DNA of 64,000 nt from Candidatus Poribacteria bacterium (GTDB lineage Bacteria; Poribacteria; WGA-4E; WGA-3G): positions 24,293 to 88,292 of the forward strand of contig JAJEIE010000022.1 of assembly GCA_022827625.1 (NCBI GenBank). The letters are read 5' to 3'. Every line of letters begins with the position of its first letter. Positions within the stretch are counted from its first letter, which is position 1. Positions 15,168 through 24,908 of this stretch are shown here, piece after piece. The position numbers and the translations under genes are program-made. The notes beneath the pieces were generated by a model. The model ran no database searches and had not been told where the DNA came from. It worked only from the letters and a program-made list of their open reading frames with translations.

Positions 15168-17826
15168 AACTATTGGTGTGTTCGTGAATCCGTTGGCGTT
15201 CGAGATTGACATTCGGGTCTGCGCGGCGCGGGATGCCTGTGATTGCATCGACGGATTCATCTGCCTTAAAACGTAGATAGAGTTTCTGCGACTTCGCGGC
15301 GAGTGAGGGGTTCTTGAGGGCGCGGTAACAGCGCATCATATTGTAATGGGCATCCAAGTCCTCTGGGTCCACCTCAAGTGTCTTTTGAAATTCAGCCAAT
15401 GCTGTTTCGTAGTTGCGCTTCAGGAAGTACATGCGTCCGAGTTTGTTTCGGACACGGGTATCGCGTGGGAATTGTGCGGCGGCGTGCTGGAGATGCTCGA
15501 TCGCTGTGTCGTAATTGCCGTACGTCTCCTGAACGAGGGCATAGAAATAGTGGACTTTGGCGCGATGCGGATTTTCAGGTGGCAAGGTTTTCTGAATTTC
15601 AAACGCTTTTTCGAGCATCGTTTCCGCACCTGACATATCGCCTTCCGCAATTCGGCAGCGGGCGATGTTCACCCATCCATCAAGGTATGTCGGTTCTATC
15701 TCCGTCACCTTTGAGAACGCAACTTGTGCGGCTTTCAGATCGCCTTGTAAAAGGAGACCGATACCGTAATCGTTCCAGCGTTCGCGTGTATTTTCAGGGC
15801 TTGGTTGGGAGTCTATAGGTCGGGAATCGGAGTTCCCGCCTACCGAAACTTTTAAGGTTGCTTCGGCAGATGCCATCGTGACAATCGGTAGGTTCGGAAT
15901 CGCTTTGATTTTCCCGGCGACATCTGAGGTATCACCCGTCCAGACCCATCTGCCGTCGTCGTAGCCTTTACCTACCTGAAAATCGGTGTCTTCCGGGTCG
16001 CGCACCCCGGCATAAGCCCATTGCGTGTGCCACCAGTTGAACTTGCGGTAGTGAAGTTTCGCTTCTAACGTTAGGGTGTCACCACAATCGGGTGGGATTT
16101 CGAGGCGGTAGCGGACGGTATCCGCAGCACCGGGTGGAATCGTGTTTGAATAGAGGATCGTCCGGGTTGCCCACGCGTTTCGTTTATTGATGAGGTTGCC
16201 GTGTTCATCAAGCATATAAGCCCGGTAAAAATGCGCGCTCGGATCAACGGGTCCATCCCCATCGGGTGCGGTGATTCTGCCGTTCCAGAAGACGATTTTC
16301 CCGTTTTCATCAGCGGCTTTCATCTCTAACCAGATGTCGAACGCATCAATCGTTCCGGCGGGAAAACGGTGACCGACCCCGCGCGTGCGCACCACGACAT
16401 CAACGCGTGTGCTTTCGCCGCGCGCGACTGCAATGCCGTCGCTTGGGATTGGCGCGCCATCTGCAAACAGATCTAACGTTACCACTTCATTTTGCAGAAA
16501 TTCTGTCACAATCCTCAACTGCTCTGCGTGCTGATTGACGAAAGGTAGTGCTGTGTTCGCGGCAGGGAAGCGATGGTCGTGAACCTTGCCGTTGATATTT
16601 CCTGCATCCTCGGAGTCAACAAGTGGCATGTGGCAATCGACGCATTTCTTGGGTGTTTCGGGGTAATAGAAAGATAACGCGCCTTGATGAGAAACACCGC
16701 TTTTCTGCCACTGGTCATAGTCGTTGAAGCCACGAAACCATCGAAAGTTGTTAACCGGTTCATCAAGATGTGCTTTATGACAGGTTGAACAGAATTCGGC
16801 GGTATTTTGCCGATGGAACGGCTTGAGGAAACTCTTTCTATGGGGTTCTGGGTCAAGCCGGATGAGGTAGTTGTGCAGATTGCGGATAATCGGGTTCTTG
16901 CTGGCAGCGATTTCATGGAGCGGCGGATATTTAATGACGTACCCGCTGTTGCCCATCGTATCTTTGACTTTTTCAATAGAATGGCACGCCGTGCAGGCGA
17001 GTCCGGCTTGCGCTGCAGGCGTATGGAGGTTCTCACGGATCGGTCTGTCCATCACACCGTTGAGTAAGATCGCAGGGTCGTGGCAGCCACCGCACCATTT
17101 AGAGGGTTGAATGCCGTTGACCTCTTGCATATAGATAATTGACTTCCGGTACCACTGGTTATTGAAGGAAGAGAAATGGTGTGCGGACTCGTTCCACTGC
17201 CGATAGATATCTGGATGGCACCCCTTTGTGGCACAGGTCTCCGATGTCAAAAAGAAATCGGTCGGAATCAGCCCACCTGTCTCCGTTTCAACAGATGCGG
17301 GGAAGAAGTGCCCCGTCGTGCCGCCGCCTTCCTCGTACATGCTCGTGGGAGGCAACGGCGGGTTTTCGACAAGGTAGGTTTCATTCGGCAGATAGTGCTG
17401 CGTGAGCCTCGCGCCAAGCGGGAAAAGAACAACACCTACGAGTACAGCAACGCCGACTTTTCTCAACGATGGCGTCAGAAGATAACTCTCTCGCAATAGG
17501 TGAACGCTGAAAAGGAGACTCCCCACACCGACACTGACGATATGTGTAATCAGGAGCCAACGATAGGGGGTTGTTGCCCCGACAATCATTAGGTAGCCCC
17601 CCGTGAAAATACCGACAGCTATCCCGATAACGCCCACGCGTCCGAGGGTTGAAATACGTCCGAACTGTTTATAGGTGTAGATACCGAAGGGAAGTATCAA
17701 GACGATACCGAGTCCAACGTGGAGAAGAACGTTGAAGATGTAAAAGAGCGTCGGTTCGCCGAAACTGAACAGATAGGCACTGTTGAGTAACAGAATGAGG
17801 AAAATAGATAAGGAAATTTTTCTCAC
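15145..17826 (-). CDS. Membrane-anchored multihaem c-type cytochrome with C-terminal TPR repeats
   Basis: About 5 N-terminal TM helices; haem motifs CGGCH, CTACH, CSTCH, CVDCH plus a CX4CH (CATKGCH); TPR-like C-terminal ~230 aa. Confidence 0.8.
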   Translation of the reverse strand: MRKISLSIFLILLLNSAYLFSFGEPTLFYIFNVLLHVGLGIVLILPFGIYTYKQFGRISTLGRVGVIGIAVGIFTGGYLMIVGATTPYRWLLITHIVSVGVGSLLFSVHLLRESYLLTPSLRKVGVAVLVGVVLFPLGARLTQHYLPNETYLVENPPLPPTSMYEEGGGTTGHFFPASVETETGGLIPTDFFLTSETCATKGCHPDIYRQWNESAHHFSSFNNQWYRKSIIYMQEVNGIQPSKWCGGCHDPAILLNGVMDRPIRENLHTPAAQAGLACTACHSIEKVKDTMGNSGYVIKYPPLHEIAASKNPIIRNLHNYLIRLDPEPHRKSFLKPFHRQNTAEFCSTCHKAHLDEPVNNFRWFRGFNDYDQWQKSGVSHQGALSFYYPETPKKCVDCHMPLVDSEDAGNINGKVHDHRFPAANTALPFVNQHAEQLRIVTEFLQNEVVTLDLFADGAPIPSDGIAVARGESTRVDVVVRTRGVGHRFPAGTIDAFDIWLEMKAADENGKIVFWNGRITAPDGDGPVDPSAHFYRAYMLDEHGNLINKRNAWATRTILYSNTIPPGAADTVRYRLEIPPDCGDTLTLEAKLHYRKFNWWHTQWAYAGVRDPEDTDFQVGKGYDDGRWVWTGDTSDVAGKIKAIPNLPIVTMASAEATLKVSVGGNSDSRPIDSQPSPENTRERWNDYGIGLLLQGDLKAAQVAFSKVTEIEPTYLDGWVNIARCRIAEGDMSGAETMLEKAFEIQKTLPPENPHRAKVHYFYALVQETYGNYDTAIEHLQHAAAQFPRDTRVRNKLGRMYFLKRNYETALAEFQKTLEVDPEDLDAHYNMMRCYRALKNPSLAAKSQKLYLRFKADESVDAITGIPRRADPNVNLERQRIHEHTNSYEPLPNP

Positions 17827-17934
17827 GACGTTTTTAAGTCCTCACAATTGGTCCCCAGTTAGGAAGTCTATAAAGTTCACATCACAGAAATCTAACTTTT
17901 AAACTCCATAACTTTAGAACACTTTCAAACTTTC

Positions 17935-18684
17935 TTATGCTGCGGTATAGCCGCCGTCAATCGGTAGAGCGATGCCTGTAACAAACGCAGATTCATCAGA
18001 AGCGAGGTATAATGCCCCGTAGGCAATCTCTTCAGGCTGCGCGAGACGGCGCATCGGATGTCTATCCGCAAGTTTGCGATACTCCTCTGGCGTTTTGACG
18101 ACCCCGGCGACCAAGGGTGTTTCAACAAAACCCGGACAGATGCAGTTAATTCGGATGTTCTCCTCGGCATAATCAAGTGCCATCCCCCGTGTGAGATTTG
18201 TCACACCCCCTTTGGAGGCGACGTACGCTGCACGGACATCTGCCCCGACGAGTCCGTAGATGGAGGACAAGTTGATAATAGAACCCCCGCCATTTCTCCG
18301 CATCGCCGGAATCGCAGCCTTCGCACAGAGATAAACCCCTGTGAGGTTGACATCCAAGCAACGGTGCCAGTCTGCCTCTGGTAAATCAGCAACAGGGAGA
18401 CGCATCGCAATTCCGGCACTACTGAGCAGAATATCCAGTTTTCCGTATGTGCTAACAGTCTCCGTTACCATTCGTTCGGTGTTGTCTGAAATTGTGACAT
18501 CGGTCTGGACGTAGATCGCTTCATTGCCTGCCTCGTGGATGTCTGTAAGGGTTTGGTTAGCACCGTTTTCATCAATGTCGGCGACAACGATTTTTGCACC
18601 GTGTTCAGCAAATAAAATCGCGGTGGCTTTTCCGATGCCGGATGCACCACCGGTAATGATGGCTACCTTGTCTTTTAGTCGCAT
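17935..18684 (-). CDS. SDR-family oxidoreductase (FabG-like)
   Basis: TGGASGIGKATA, NLSS...YVASK catalytic motif. Confidence 0.9.
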   Translation of the reverse strand: MRLKDKVAIITGGASGIGKATAILFAEHGAKIVVADIDENGANQTLTDIHEAGNEAIYVQTDVTISDNTERMVTETVSTYGKLDILLSSAGIAMRLPVADLPEADWHRCLDVNLTGVYLCAKAAIPAMRRNGGGSIINLSSIYGLVGADVRAAYVASKGGVTNLTRGMALDYAEENIRINCICPGFVETPLVAGVVKTPEEYRKLADRHPMRRLAQPEEIAYGALYLASDESAFVTGIALPIDGGYTAA

Positions 18685-18693
18685 TTTTTATGA

Positions 18694-18728
18694 GCAATTA
18701 GCCAATAGCGATTAGCCAATAGCCGTTA
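18694..18728. repeat. Tandem heptanucleotide tract (5 units) between the FAH stop and the SDR start
   Basis: gcaatta gccaata gcgatta gccaata gccgtta. Confidence 0.7.
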
Positions 18729-19667
18729 AAGCCCTTTCTCTGCCCACTCTGCAGGGTTCACTTCGGGTTCACCGATTCGGTTTCTGAGCATACCGATATT
18801 TTCAATTTCAAGTTCAATAACATCGCCGGGTTGAATCCAGCGATCGAGTTCCCATCCGCATCCTTTTCCGACGGTGCCAGAGCCTAAAAACTCGCCCGGA
18901 TAGAGTGTCTCTGCTTGCGAGACAAACGAAATCATCTCTTCAAACGAGTAATACATATCCGAGGTATTACCGTCCGCCCAGACTTCATCGTTAATTCTTG
19001 CAATCATTCGGAGGTTATAAGGATCTCCAATTTCATCGGGTGTAACGAGGCAGGGTCCCATAATGTTGCTATTATCAAAATCCTTACCTTTTGCGGGCCC
19101 GAGTGCCATCGTCATGTGGCGAAATTGGATGTCGCGGGCGCTGATGTCGTTGTAAATGGTATAACCGGCAATATATTCGCTTGCTTCTTCTATCGAGATA
19201 TTTTTCCCGGTTTTGCCGATGTAGACCCCCCACTCCAGTTCAAAATCGAGCTTTTGGGTGTAGTTGGGCCAGGTAACAACCGCCTCGTGTCCGGCGATAG
19301 AGGCTGGACTTGTGCTACCGCGATAATAGTTTGGTAGTTTGAACCATTCTGGGGAAATCTCTTTGCCGGTGATGCGCGCAGCGGCGTCCATGTGGGTTTT
19401 GAATACGCCGAAGTCTCGCAGGCTTGCCGGACGGGGGAAGGGCGCAAGGAGCTCCACATCAGCAACAGTATAAATCGCCTCGGTGGCATTCGCGCCGCCT
19501 TCAATCTGCTCAAGGCGTTCACGGGCATCCGAGAGGCTATTCTGCTCAAAGAGTTGCGTCATATCTGGAGCGATTGCGGTGAGATCGACGATCCGATCGT
19601 CAGCAATCCATGCCCCGATTTTCGCGACGGTATCTGTCGGTTTGGTTTTAAAGGTAACAAGTTTCAT
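18726..19667 (-). CDS. Fumarylacetoacetate hydrolase (FAH) family protein
   Basis: FAH-fold C-terminal motifs (GPCLVTPDEI, GDVIELEIENIG); size 313 aa. Confidence 0.8.
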   Translation of the reverse strand: MKLVTFKTKPTDTVAKIGAWIADDRIVDLTAIAPDMTQLFEQNSLSDARERLEQIEGGANATEAIYTVADVELLAPFPRPASLRDFGVFKTHMDAAARITGKEISPEWFKLPNYYRGSTSPASIAGHEAVVTWPNYTQKLDFELEWGVYIGKTGKNISIEEASEYIAGYTIYNDISARDIQFRHMTMALGPAKGKDFDNSNIMGPCLVTPDEIGDPYNLRMIARINDEVWADGNTSDMYYSFEEMISFVSQAETLYPGEFLGSGTVGKGCGWELDRWIQPGDVIELEIENIGMLRNRIGEPEVNPAEWAEKGL

Positions 19668-19722
19668 AAGTATTCTTTTTTAGATGGTTATGCCTCTTTA
19701 TTTAAATAGTTTTGCAGTATTG

Positions 19723-19751
19723 ATTATACGATAGATGCATTTAGAAATCAA
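19723..19751 (-). promoter_or_regulatory. sigma70-type promoter TTGATT-17-TATAAT
   Basis: Minus strand TTGATT (19751-19746), 17 nt, TATAAT (19728-19723); about 55 nt upstream of the FAH ATG. Confidence 0.55.
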
Positions 19752-19879
19752 GATTTTTTGGAAGTGGTTGTTATCGGGTTAATATTTTGCTTGTATATGC
19801 GATTGCGGTGTGGCATAATTATGATAGATGTTGGCATGAGATGGTTATCAGTTGTTAAAAGCATCATAAGGAGTCTGAC

Positions 19880-20611
19880 ATGGTGAGTCGGGAAGAAATT
19901 CAAGCAACATGTGATGCCATCGTGCGCGAGTTTTCACCGTTACAGGTTATACTCTTTGGCTCTTACGCCTATGGGGTCCCCAGGGAATACTCAGATGTTG
20001 ATCTGTTGGTGGTGATGCCGGTAGCGAAACCGGAAACCCGTCGGCAAGAGATAGAAATCAGGGACCGTATTCCGTGCCCTTTTCGCCTGCATGTGCTCGT
20101 GCATTCGCCTGAAGAACTGGCGCGTCGCCTCTCGTATAACGATTGGTTCCTGCACGAAATTACGGAAAAAGGCGAAGTGCTTTATGAATCGCCTAATTTT
20201 TTTCTCAAACCTGTGAAAAAGGAGCCGTGTGCTGTGAATCCATTGACGTTAGAGTGGGTAGAGAAAGCTGAAGGCGATTATGCCGTGGCACAACAATCTC
20301 AGCAGAGCCAGAATCCTGTAAATGATGTGATATGCTTCTTGACACAACAATGTGTTGAAAAGTATCTAAAAGCGTGGCTGCAAGAGGCGAATATCCCATT
20401 TCCGAGGACACACGATTTACAAAAGTTATTGAATTTGATTGTCCCGGTTCTTCCTGCTTGGGATGTGTGGCGGGAAGATTTTTCAAAGCTGTCGGAACAT
20501 GCGGTGGATCCTCGCTACCCCGGAAAATTCGCGAGCGCAGCGGAAACTGCACACGCGATGGGTATCTGTGATGAAGTTCGTCAAGCTGTTCGTGAGCAGT
20601 TAAAACTATAG
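19880..20611 (+). CDS. Single-chain nucleotidyltransferase (MNT) - HEPN fusion protein
   Basis: N-terminus FGSYAYGVPREYSDVDLLVVM (GSx10-13DxD NTase motif). C-terminal HEPN-like helices with FPRTHDLQKLLNL. Confidence 0.75.
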   Translation: MVSREEIQATCDAIVREFSPLQVILFGSYAYGVPREYSDVDLLVVMPVAKPETRRQEIEIRDRIPCPFRLHVLVHSPEELARRLSYNDWFLHEITEKGEVLYESPNFFLKPVKKEPCAVNPLTLEWVEKAEGDYAVAQQSQQSQNPVNDVICFLTQQCVEKYLKAWLQEANIPFPRTHDLQKLLNLIVPVLPAWDVWREDFSKLSEHAVDPRYPGKFASAAETAHAMGICDEVRQAVREQLKL

Positions 20612-20628
20612 CACGGTGAAGACGCGCT

Positions 20629-21603
20629 TTATGCCGTTAAGGAAAGGAATAACGCCTCCAACGACATCTCAGTTGTTTGCATTTCGAGGAGTTTCCATCC
20701 GTGTCCGACAACGGTTTCTGCGACTTCCGCCCGAATGTCGGTCTCTGGTGTCGCGTGAAGGTGAAATGTCAGGGTGTCGTCTGTCTGCGAAACGCCCTGC
20801 TCAACCCGAATCACATCTGGAATGTCCTTGAATGCAGCCAAGACATCATCAACCGGCGCGCCTGCGATTTCAACAGAAAGCGTTAGGGGTGCGACTTGTG
20901 CGTTCTCTGTATCATCAGAGAGAACGCCGTTCTGCTCGGATACGGCACGCCCATTTTCTAACCGGATATCCCCAGTGATTTTTCCCCTGCTGATAATAAT
21001 TAAGCGTTCGCACGTGAGACTCGCTTCAGGTAAGATGTGGGTGCTAAAGAGGATTGTTCGTTCTTTGCCAAGTGCCTTGATCAGCTCGCGGATTTCGACG
21101 ATTTGGCGTGGATCTAATCCAGAAGTGGGTTCGTCGAGAATCAAAACATCTGGCTCATGAATAAGTGCCTGTGCCAGACCGACACGTTGCCGGAAACCGC
21201 GAGACAATTGCCCGATGATCTGATGTCGACGTTCAGTAAGCCCACATGCTTCAACGGTTTTATCCAACTGTTCTTTGATATGACTACGGAGAACACCGCG
21301 GATCTTTGCCATGTACCTCAAGTACTTCGTCACGGTCATTTCCAGATAGAGGGGTACGTTTTCGGGGAGATAACCGACGCGTTTGCGGACTTCTCTGGAG
21401 GCTTTGAAAACGTCATACCCAGCAACAGTAACGTTTCCACTGCTTGCAGGCATAAAGCAGGTGAGAATCCGCATGGTTGTGGTTTTGCCAGCACCGTTGG
21501 GACCGAGAAAACCGACGATTTGCCCCTTGTCTACCTGAAAGGAGATGTCCTTGAGGGCTTGGAAGGGACCGTAATTCTTTGTAACATTCTGAACTTCAAT
21601 CAT
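20629..21603 (-). CDS. ABC-2-type transporter ATP-binding protein (CcmA/GldA/NatA-like) with C-terminal accessory domain
   Basis: GPNGAGKTTTMRIL, LSRGFRQRVGLAQAL, LILDEPTSGLD. No permease adjacent. Confidence 0.85.
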   Translation of the reverse strand: MIEVQNVTKNYGPFQALKDISFQVDKGQIVGFLGPNGAGKTTTMRILTCFMPASSGNVTVAGYDVFKASREVRKRVGYLPENVPLYLEMTVTKYLRYMAKIRGVLRSHIKEQLDKTVEACGLTERRHQIIGQLSRGFRQRVGLAQALIHEPDVLILDEPTSGLDPRQIVEIRELIKALGKERTILFSTHILPEASLTCERLIIISRGKITGDIRLENGRAVSEQNGVLSDDTENAQVAPLTLSVEIAGAPVDDVLAAFKDIPDVIRVEQGVSQTDDTLTFHLHATPETDIRAEVAETVVGHGWKLLEMQTTEMSLEALFLSLTA

Positions 21604-21723
21604 TTTTTTAATTTGCCCCTGACGGGAGCTGTTAGGTGAAACTTGGCATTCACAACTTTTTCAAGAACCCGCATCGCGCCGATGTTGCGATGCTGCTCGC
21701 AGTGGCTAAGGTCTTTCAAACCC

Positions 21724-22608
21724 TTAAAGGGAATCCCGTCGTTGGATACTGAAATTTAAATCCCGATCTCTGCCCAATAGATAGGGGTTATTATCCGGGG
21801 CGACCGCCTCTGACGCAGCAAGTACATCCGGAAGGTCAACCGTCTCACACCGGACATCAATTCTATCTGGGTAGACCAACACCTGCCGCCACATCATCGG
21901 ATAACAGATAATCCCGGACGAGACAACGCAGAGCATGCCCTGTTCTCGGAAAACGCGGTTGAGATGCAGGTGTCCACAGAAAAACGCCAAAATTTGTCTG
22001 TCAAAAGGGGTCATCACTTCAAGAAGCTCTGCGGAATTGGCGACTCTCGAACCGATCCCCTGAAACTCAACACTCGGAAACGGGAGTTGATGGGAAAAAA
22101 TGAAGACCTCTTGATCGTAATCCCTTGCCCGTTTTAATTCCCGTTCCACCCAGGCTAACTGGTTCGTGCTAATATATCCATGCGTCAAATCTTCCGGCAC
22201 TTCTTGGGAATCAAGGAGAATGAATCGGATATCTTCATGGATGAAACAGGTGGATCCCATGCCGTTTATACCGAATCGCGCCAGATAAGAATCTTTGACC
22301 CCGGTTTCAGGATGTAGGTCGTGGTTACCCGGAATATAATAACAAGGCGCATTTATCTGCTGACCGAGTTGTTGCGCCTTATCAAGTGTAGCCTCATATC
22401 CTTCGGCAGACATATCAAAACTGTTGCCCCCGCACACAATATCTCCACCATGAATCACAAAATCAGGTGTAAAGGCATTCAGTTGTTCAACCAGTTTCTC
22501 ATAGAGTAAAAGGCTATTTTTTTGTTGTTGCAGTCCGCTTGAGAAGTTTTGCGGCGCGTTTAGGTAGAGATGCGTGTCTGTAATAAAGGCAAATTTAAAG
22601 AGCGTCAT
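21724..22608 (-). CDS. Metallophosphoesterase (calcineurin-like)
   Basis: ITDTHL, HGGDIV, GNHD, GHLH motifs. Confidence 0.85.
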   Translation of the reverse strand: MTLFKFAFITDTHLYLNAPQNFSSGLQQQKNSLLLYEKLVEQLNAFTPDFVIHGGDIVCGGNSFDMSAEGYEATLDKAQQLGQQINAPCYYIPGNHDLHPETGVKDSYLARFGINGMGSTCFIHEDIRFILLDSQEVPEDLTHGYISTNQLAWVERELKRARDYDQEVFIFSHQLPFPSVEFQGIGSRVANSAELLEVMTPFDRQILAFFCGHLHLNRVFREQGMLCVVSSGIICYPMMWRQVLVYPDRIDVRCETVDLPDVLAASEAVAPDNNPYLLGRDRDLNFSIQRRDSL

Positions 22609-22661
22609 AGCATATCTCGTTTTCAGACAAGGTTAGAAACCACACCCCGAAAAGAGGACAT

Positions 22662-23417
22662 TTAATTAATTTTGTAGGAACGCGGCCGTTTCGTTAGAAT
22701 TGCAACATAAGTCGGCATCGTCTTCGCGTCGATATAGCGTTCAGCCCGCCACGCTGTCCCGTCAAGGATGTCCTCCATCTCAGGCTTTGAAACAAACAGA
22801 TAATCAAACCAGGGTGTAGCATACTGTCGGTAGCGGATCCGGAATCGTAACTGTCCACTCATTCGCCCCCGGTCCCGATTAAATTGATGATAAGCGAGGT
22901 GACAGGGATCTTCCGTTTGATAGGGGTCCATTGTTTCGGCTATAATTTTTGCGGTATCCGTTGTCATCGCGGCGAAGCGTCCCAATAGCCACTTCGCTCT
23001 TTTATAACTCCCGACGAGTCCGAAATTGTGTCCCATCATGAGGATTGTGTCAAAAGTGCCAATTTTGGAACTTAACTGCGTGATAGGCACGACGCGTGCG
23101 TTTTTGAGTCCACGCTGTTGACACGTCTTGATGGCTAATGGCGAATTGTCGGTTCCCAGAACAGCATGTCCCTGCTTTTGAAGATAAAGGGAGTGCCGTC
23201 CTGCGCCACACCCGATATCCAAAACACGTCCGGCAGCGTGTTCCATTGCGAGTTTTTGATGTTCAGCCCAATTCTCGTATTCAGCGAAATAGTTGAGAGG
23301 TCCCAACCGACTTGTATCAATGAAACCATCTTCCCTTTCTACAATCTCGCCGGTTTCGCGACCGTTGTGATAATCTGAAAGCAGATGTCCATAGGCATCT
23401 TGGTTGTCGGTTAGCAT
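22662..23417 (-). CDS. Class I SAM-dependent methyltransferase
   Basis: VLDIGCGAGRHSLYL motif I. Start trimmed to the ATG at 23417, 4 nt after the sulfatase stop. Confidence 0.8.
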   Translation of the reverse strand: MLTDNQDAYGHLLSDYHNGRETGEIVEREDGFIDTSRLGPLNYFAEYENWAEHQKLAMEHAAGRVLDIGCGAGRHSLYLQKQGHAVLGTDNSPLAIKTCQQRGLKNARVVPITQLSSKIGTFDTILMMGHNFGLVGSYKRAKWLLGRFAAMTTDTAKIIAETMDPYQTEDPCHLAYHQFNRDRGRMSGQLRFRIRYRQYATPWFDYLFVSKPEMEDILDGTAWRAERYIDAKTMPTYVAILTKRPRSYKIN

Positions 23418-23421
23418 GCCA

Positions 23422-24771
23422 TTACTCCTTGACGTAGCCGGTCGTTCCGTTCGGATTGACCCATTCCGTTTCCCAATGCGTTTCAATCCCCTCGCGCCAT
23501 GCCTGCGCCGCTGCTGTCAGTTCAGCGGTAAGTTCGGGATGTGCGTCTTTCAGATTTCTCGTTTCTCCCATGTCGGTTTCCAGATTGGCGAGGTGTACAT
23601 CGTCTTCGGGTGAAGCCCCTTCAACCAATTGACCGTTGAGAACCAATTTCCAATTATCACGGCGCACGGCGGTCTGCTTGCCCATCTCCCAATAGATTTC
23701 AGGATGCGGTGTAGGTTCACCGTCCACAACCATAGGTAGGACATCCCGTCCATCCAGTTCGTACTCGGATGGATCCCCACCGGCTGCGGCGAGGAAGGTG
23801 GGGAAGATATCCATTGCTGCCCCAATTTCATCAATGACTTGTCCGGCGGGAATCCGTTGGGGCCAGTTCATAATTCCGGGTGAACGGATACCCCCTTCGT
23901 AGAGGCTGAATTTGTGTCCTTTCAATTTACCAGCGGTACCGCCGTAATATGGATCTTGTGTGCCGTCCAACCAGTTTCGGGTTTCCCGCGAGGGACCATT
24001 GTCGCTCTGGAAATAGGAGAAGGTATTTTCTGCGAGTCCAAGCCTTTCTAATTCCGCAAAGATTTCACCGACGCTATCATCCACGGCACTCAGCATCGCC
24101 GCCATAATTTGCCTGTCCCAAGGCAAATCCGGGAAGCGATCGACGTACTTCTGCGGGGCGTGCATCGGATAGTGTGGCGCGTTGTAAGGCACGTATAAGA
24201 AAAAAGGCTGCCCGAGTTCAACTGACTTACGAATGTATTGAATTGCGTATTCTGTAATAAGTTCAGTGAAGTATTCGCCGTTTCGGTAAATTTCCTTACC
24301 GTTCTCCCAGAGGTCATGTGTCTGGTCCATGTCGGGTCGTGCCATTCCCCAATAGAAAATGTGGGAAAAGAAATCAATGCAGCCTGCCATAAACCCGAAC
24401 CAGTCGTCGAACCCGTGGTGCTCCGGTCGTGATCCATCTGCAAGCCCCAAATGCCACTTACCAGACATAGCAGTGTAGTAGCCGCGTGCCTTGAGTGTTG
24501 TTGCGAGGGTCGGAACAGAAGGCGGCAGTCCTGTCGCAGTGCGATGTCCAGCTAAAATAGAGCGGACCCCTGCATGGCACGGGTAGCGCCCAGTTAGCAG
24601 TGAGGCACGCGACGGGGAACAGACGGGTGAATTCGAGTACCAATCTGTGAACCGCACTCCGTCTGCTGCCATCCTATCGAGGTGGGGCGTTTTGAAATCG
24701 GTCGCTCCCATACAGGAGAGGTCCCCGTATCCTTGGTCGTCGGTTAAAAAGATAATAAAATTAGGCTGCAT
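23422..24771 (-). CDS. Arylsulfatase (formylglycine-dependent sulfatase family)
   Basis: LTDDQGYGDLSCMG and CSPSRASLLTGR (CxPxR FGly motif). Confidence 0.9.
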   Translation of the reverse strand: MQPNFIIFLTDDQGYGDLSCMGATDFKTPHLDRMAADGVRFTDWYSNSPVCSPSRASLLTGRYPCHAGVRSILAGHRTATGLPPSVPTLATTLKARGYYTAMSGKWHLGLADGSRPEHHGFDDWFGFMAGCIDFFSHIFYWGMARPDMDQTHDLWENGKEIYRNGEYFTELITEYAIQYIRKSVELGQPFFLYVPYNAPHYPMHAPQKYVDRFPDLPWDRQIMAAMLSAVDDSVGEIFAELERLGLAENTFSYFQSDNGPSRETRNWLDGTQDPYYGGTAGKLKGHKFSLYEGGIRSPGIMNWPQRIPAGQVIDEIGAAMDIFPTFLAAAGGDPSEYELDGRDVLPMVVDGEPTPHPEIYWEMGKQTAVRRDNWKLVLNGQLVEGASPEDDVHLANLETDMGETRNLKDAHPELTAELTAAAQAWREGIETHWETEWVNPNGTTGYVKE

Positions 24772-24908
24772 TTTTCCGTTTTTTTAGTTAGTCGCCAAGC
24801 GTAGGAGAAATGGCTATGTGCATGCACCATTCCTGCTCAGAATCCGCAAGCCTCCGTTGTTGACTTGCTGCTCGCTTTTGCTAATTCTAAAAACCTCTTT
24901 TTGTAGGA

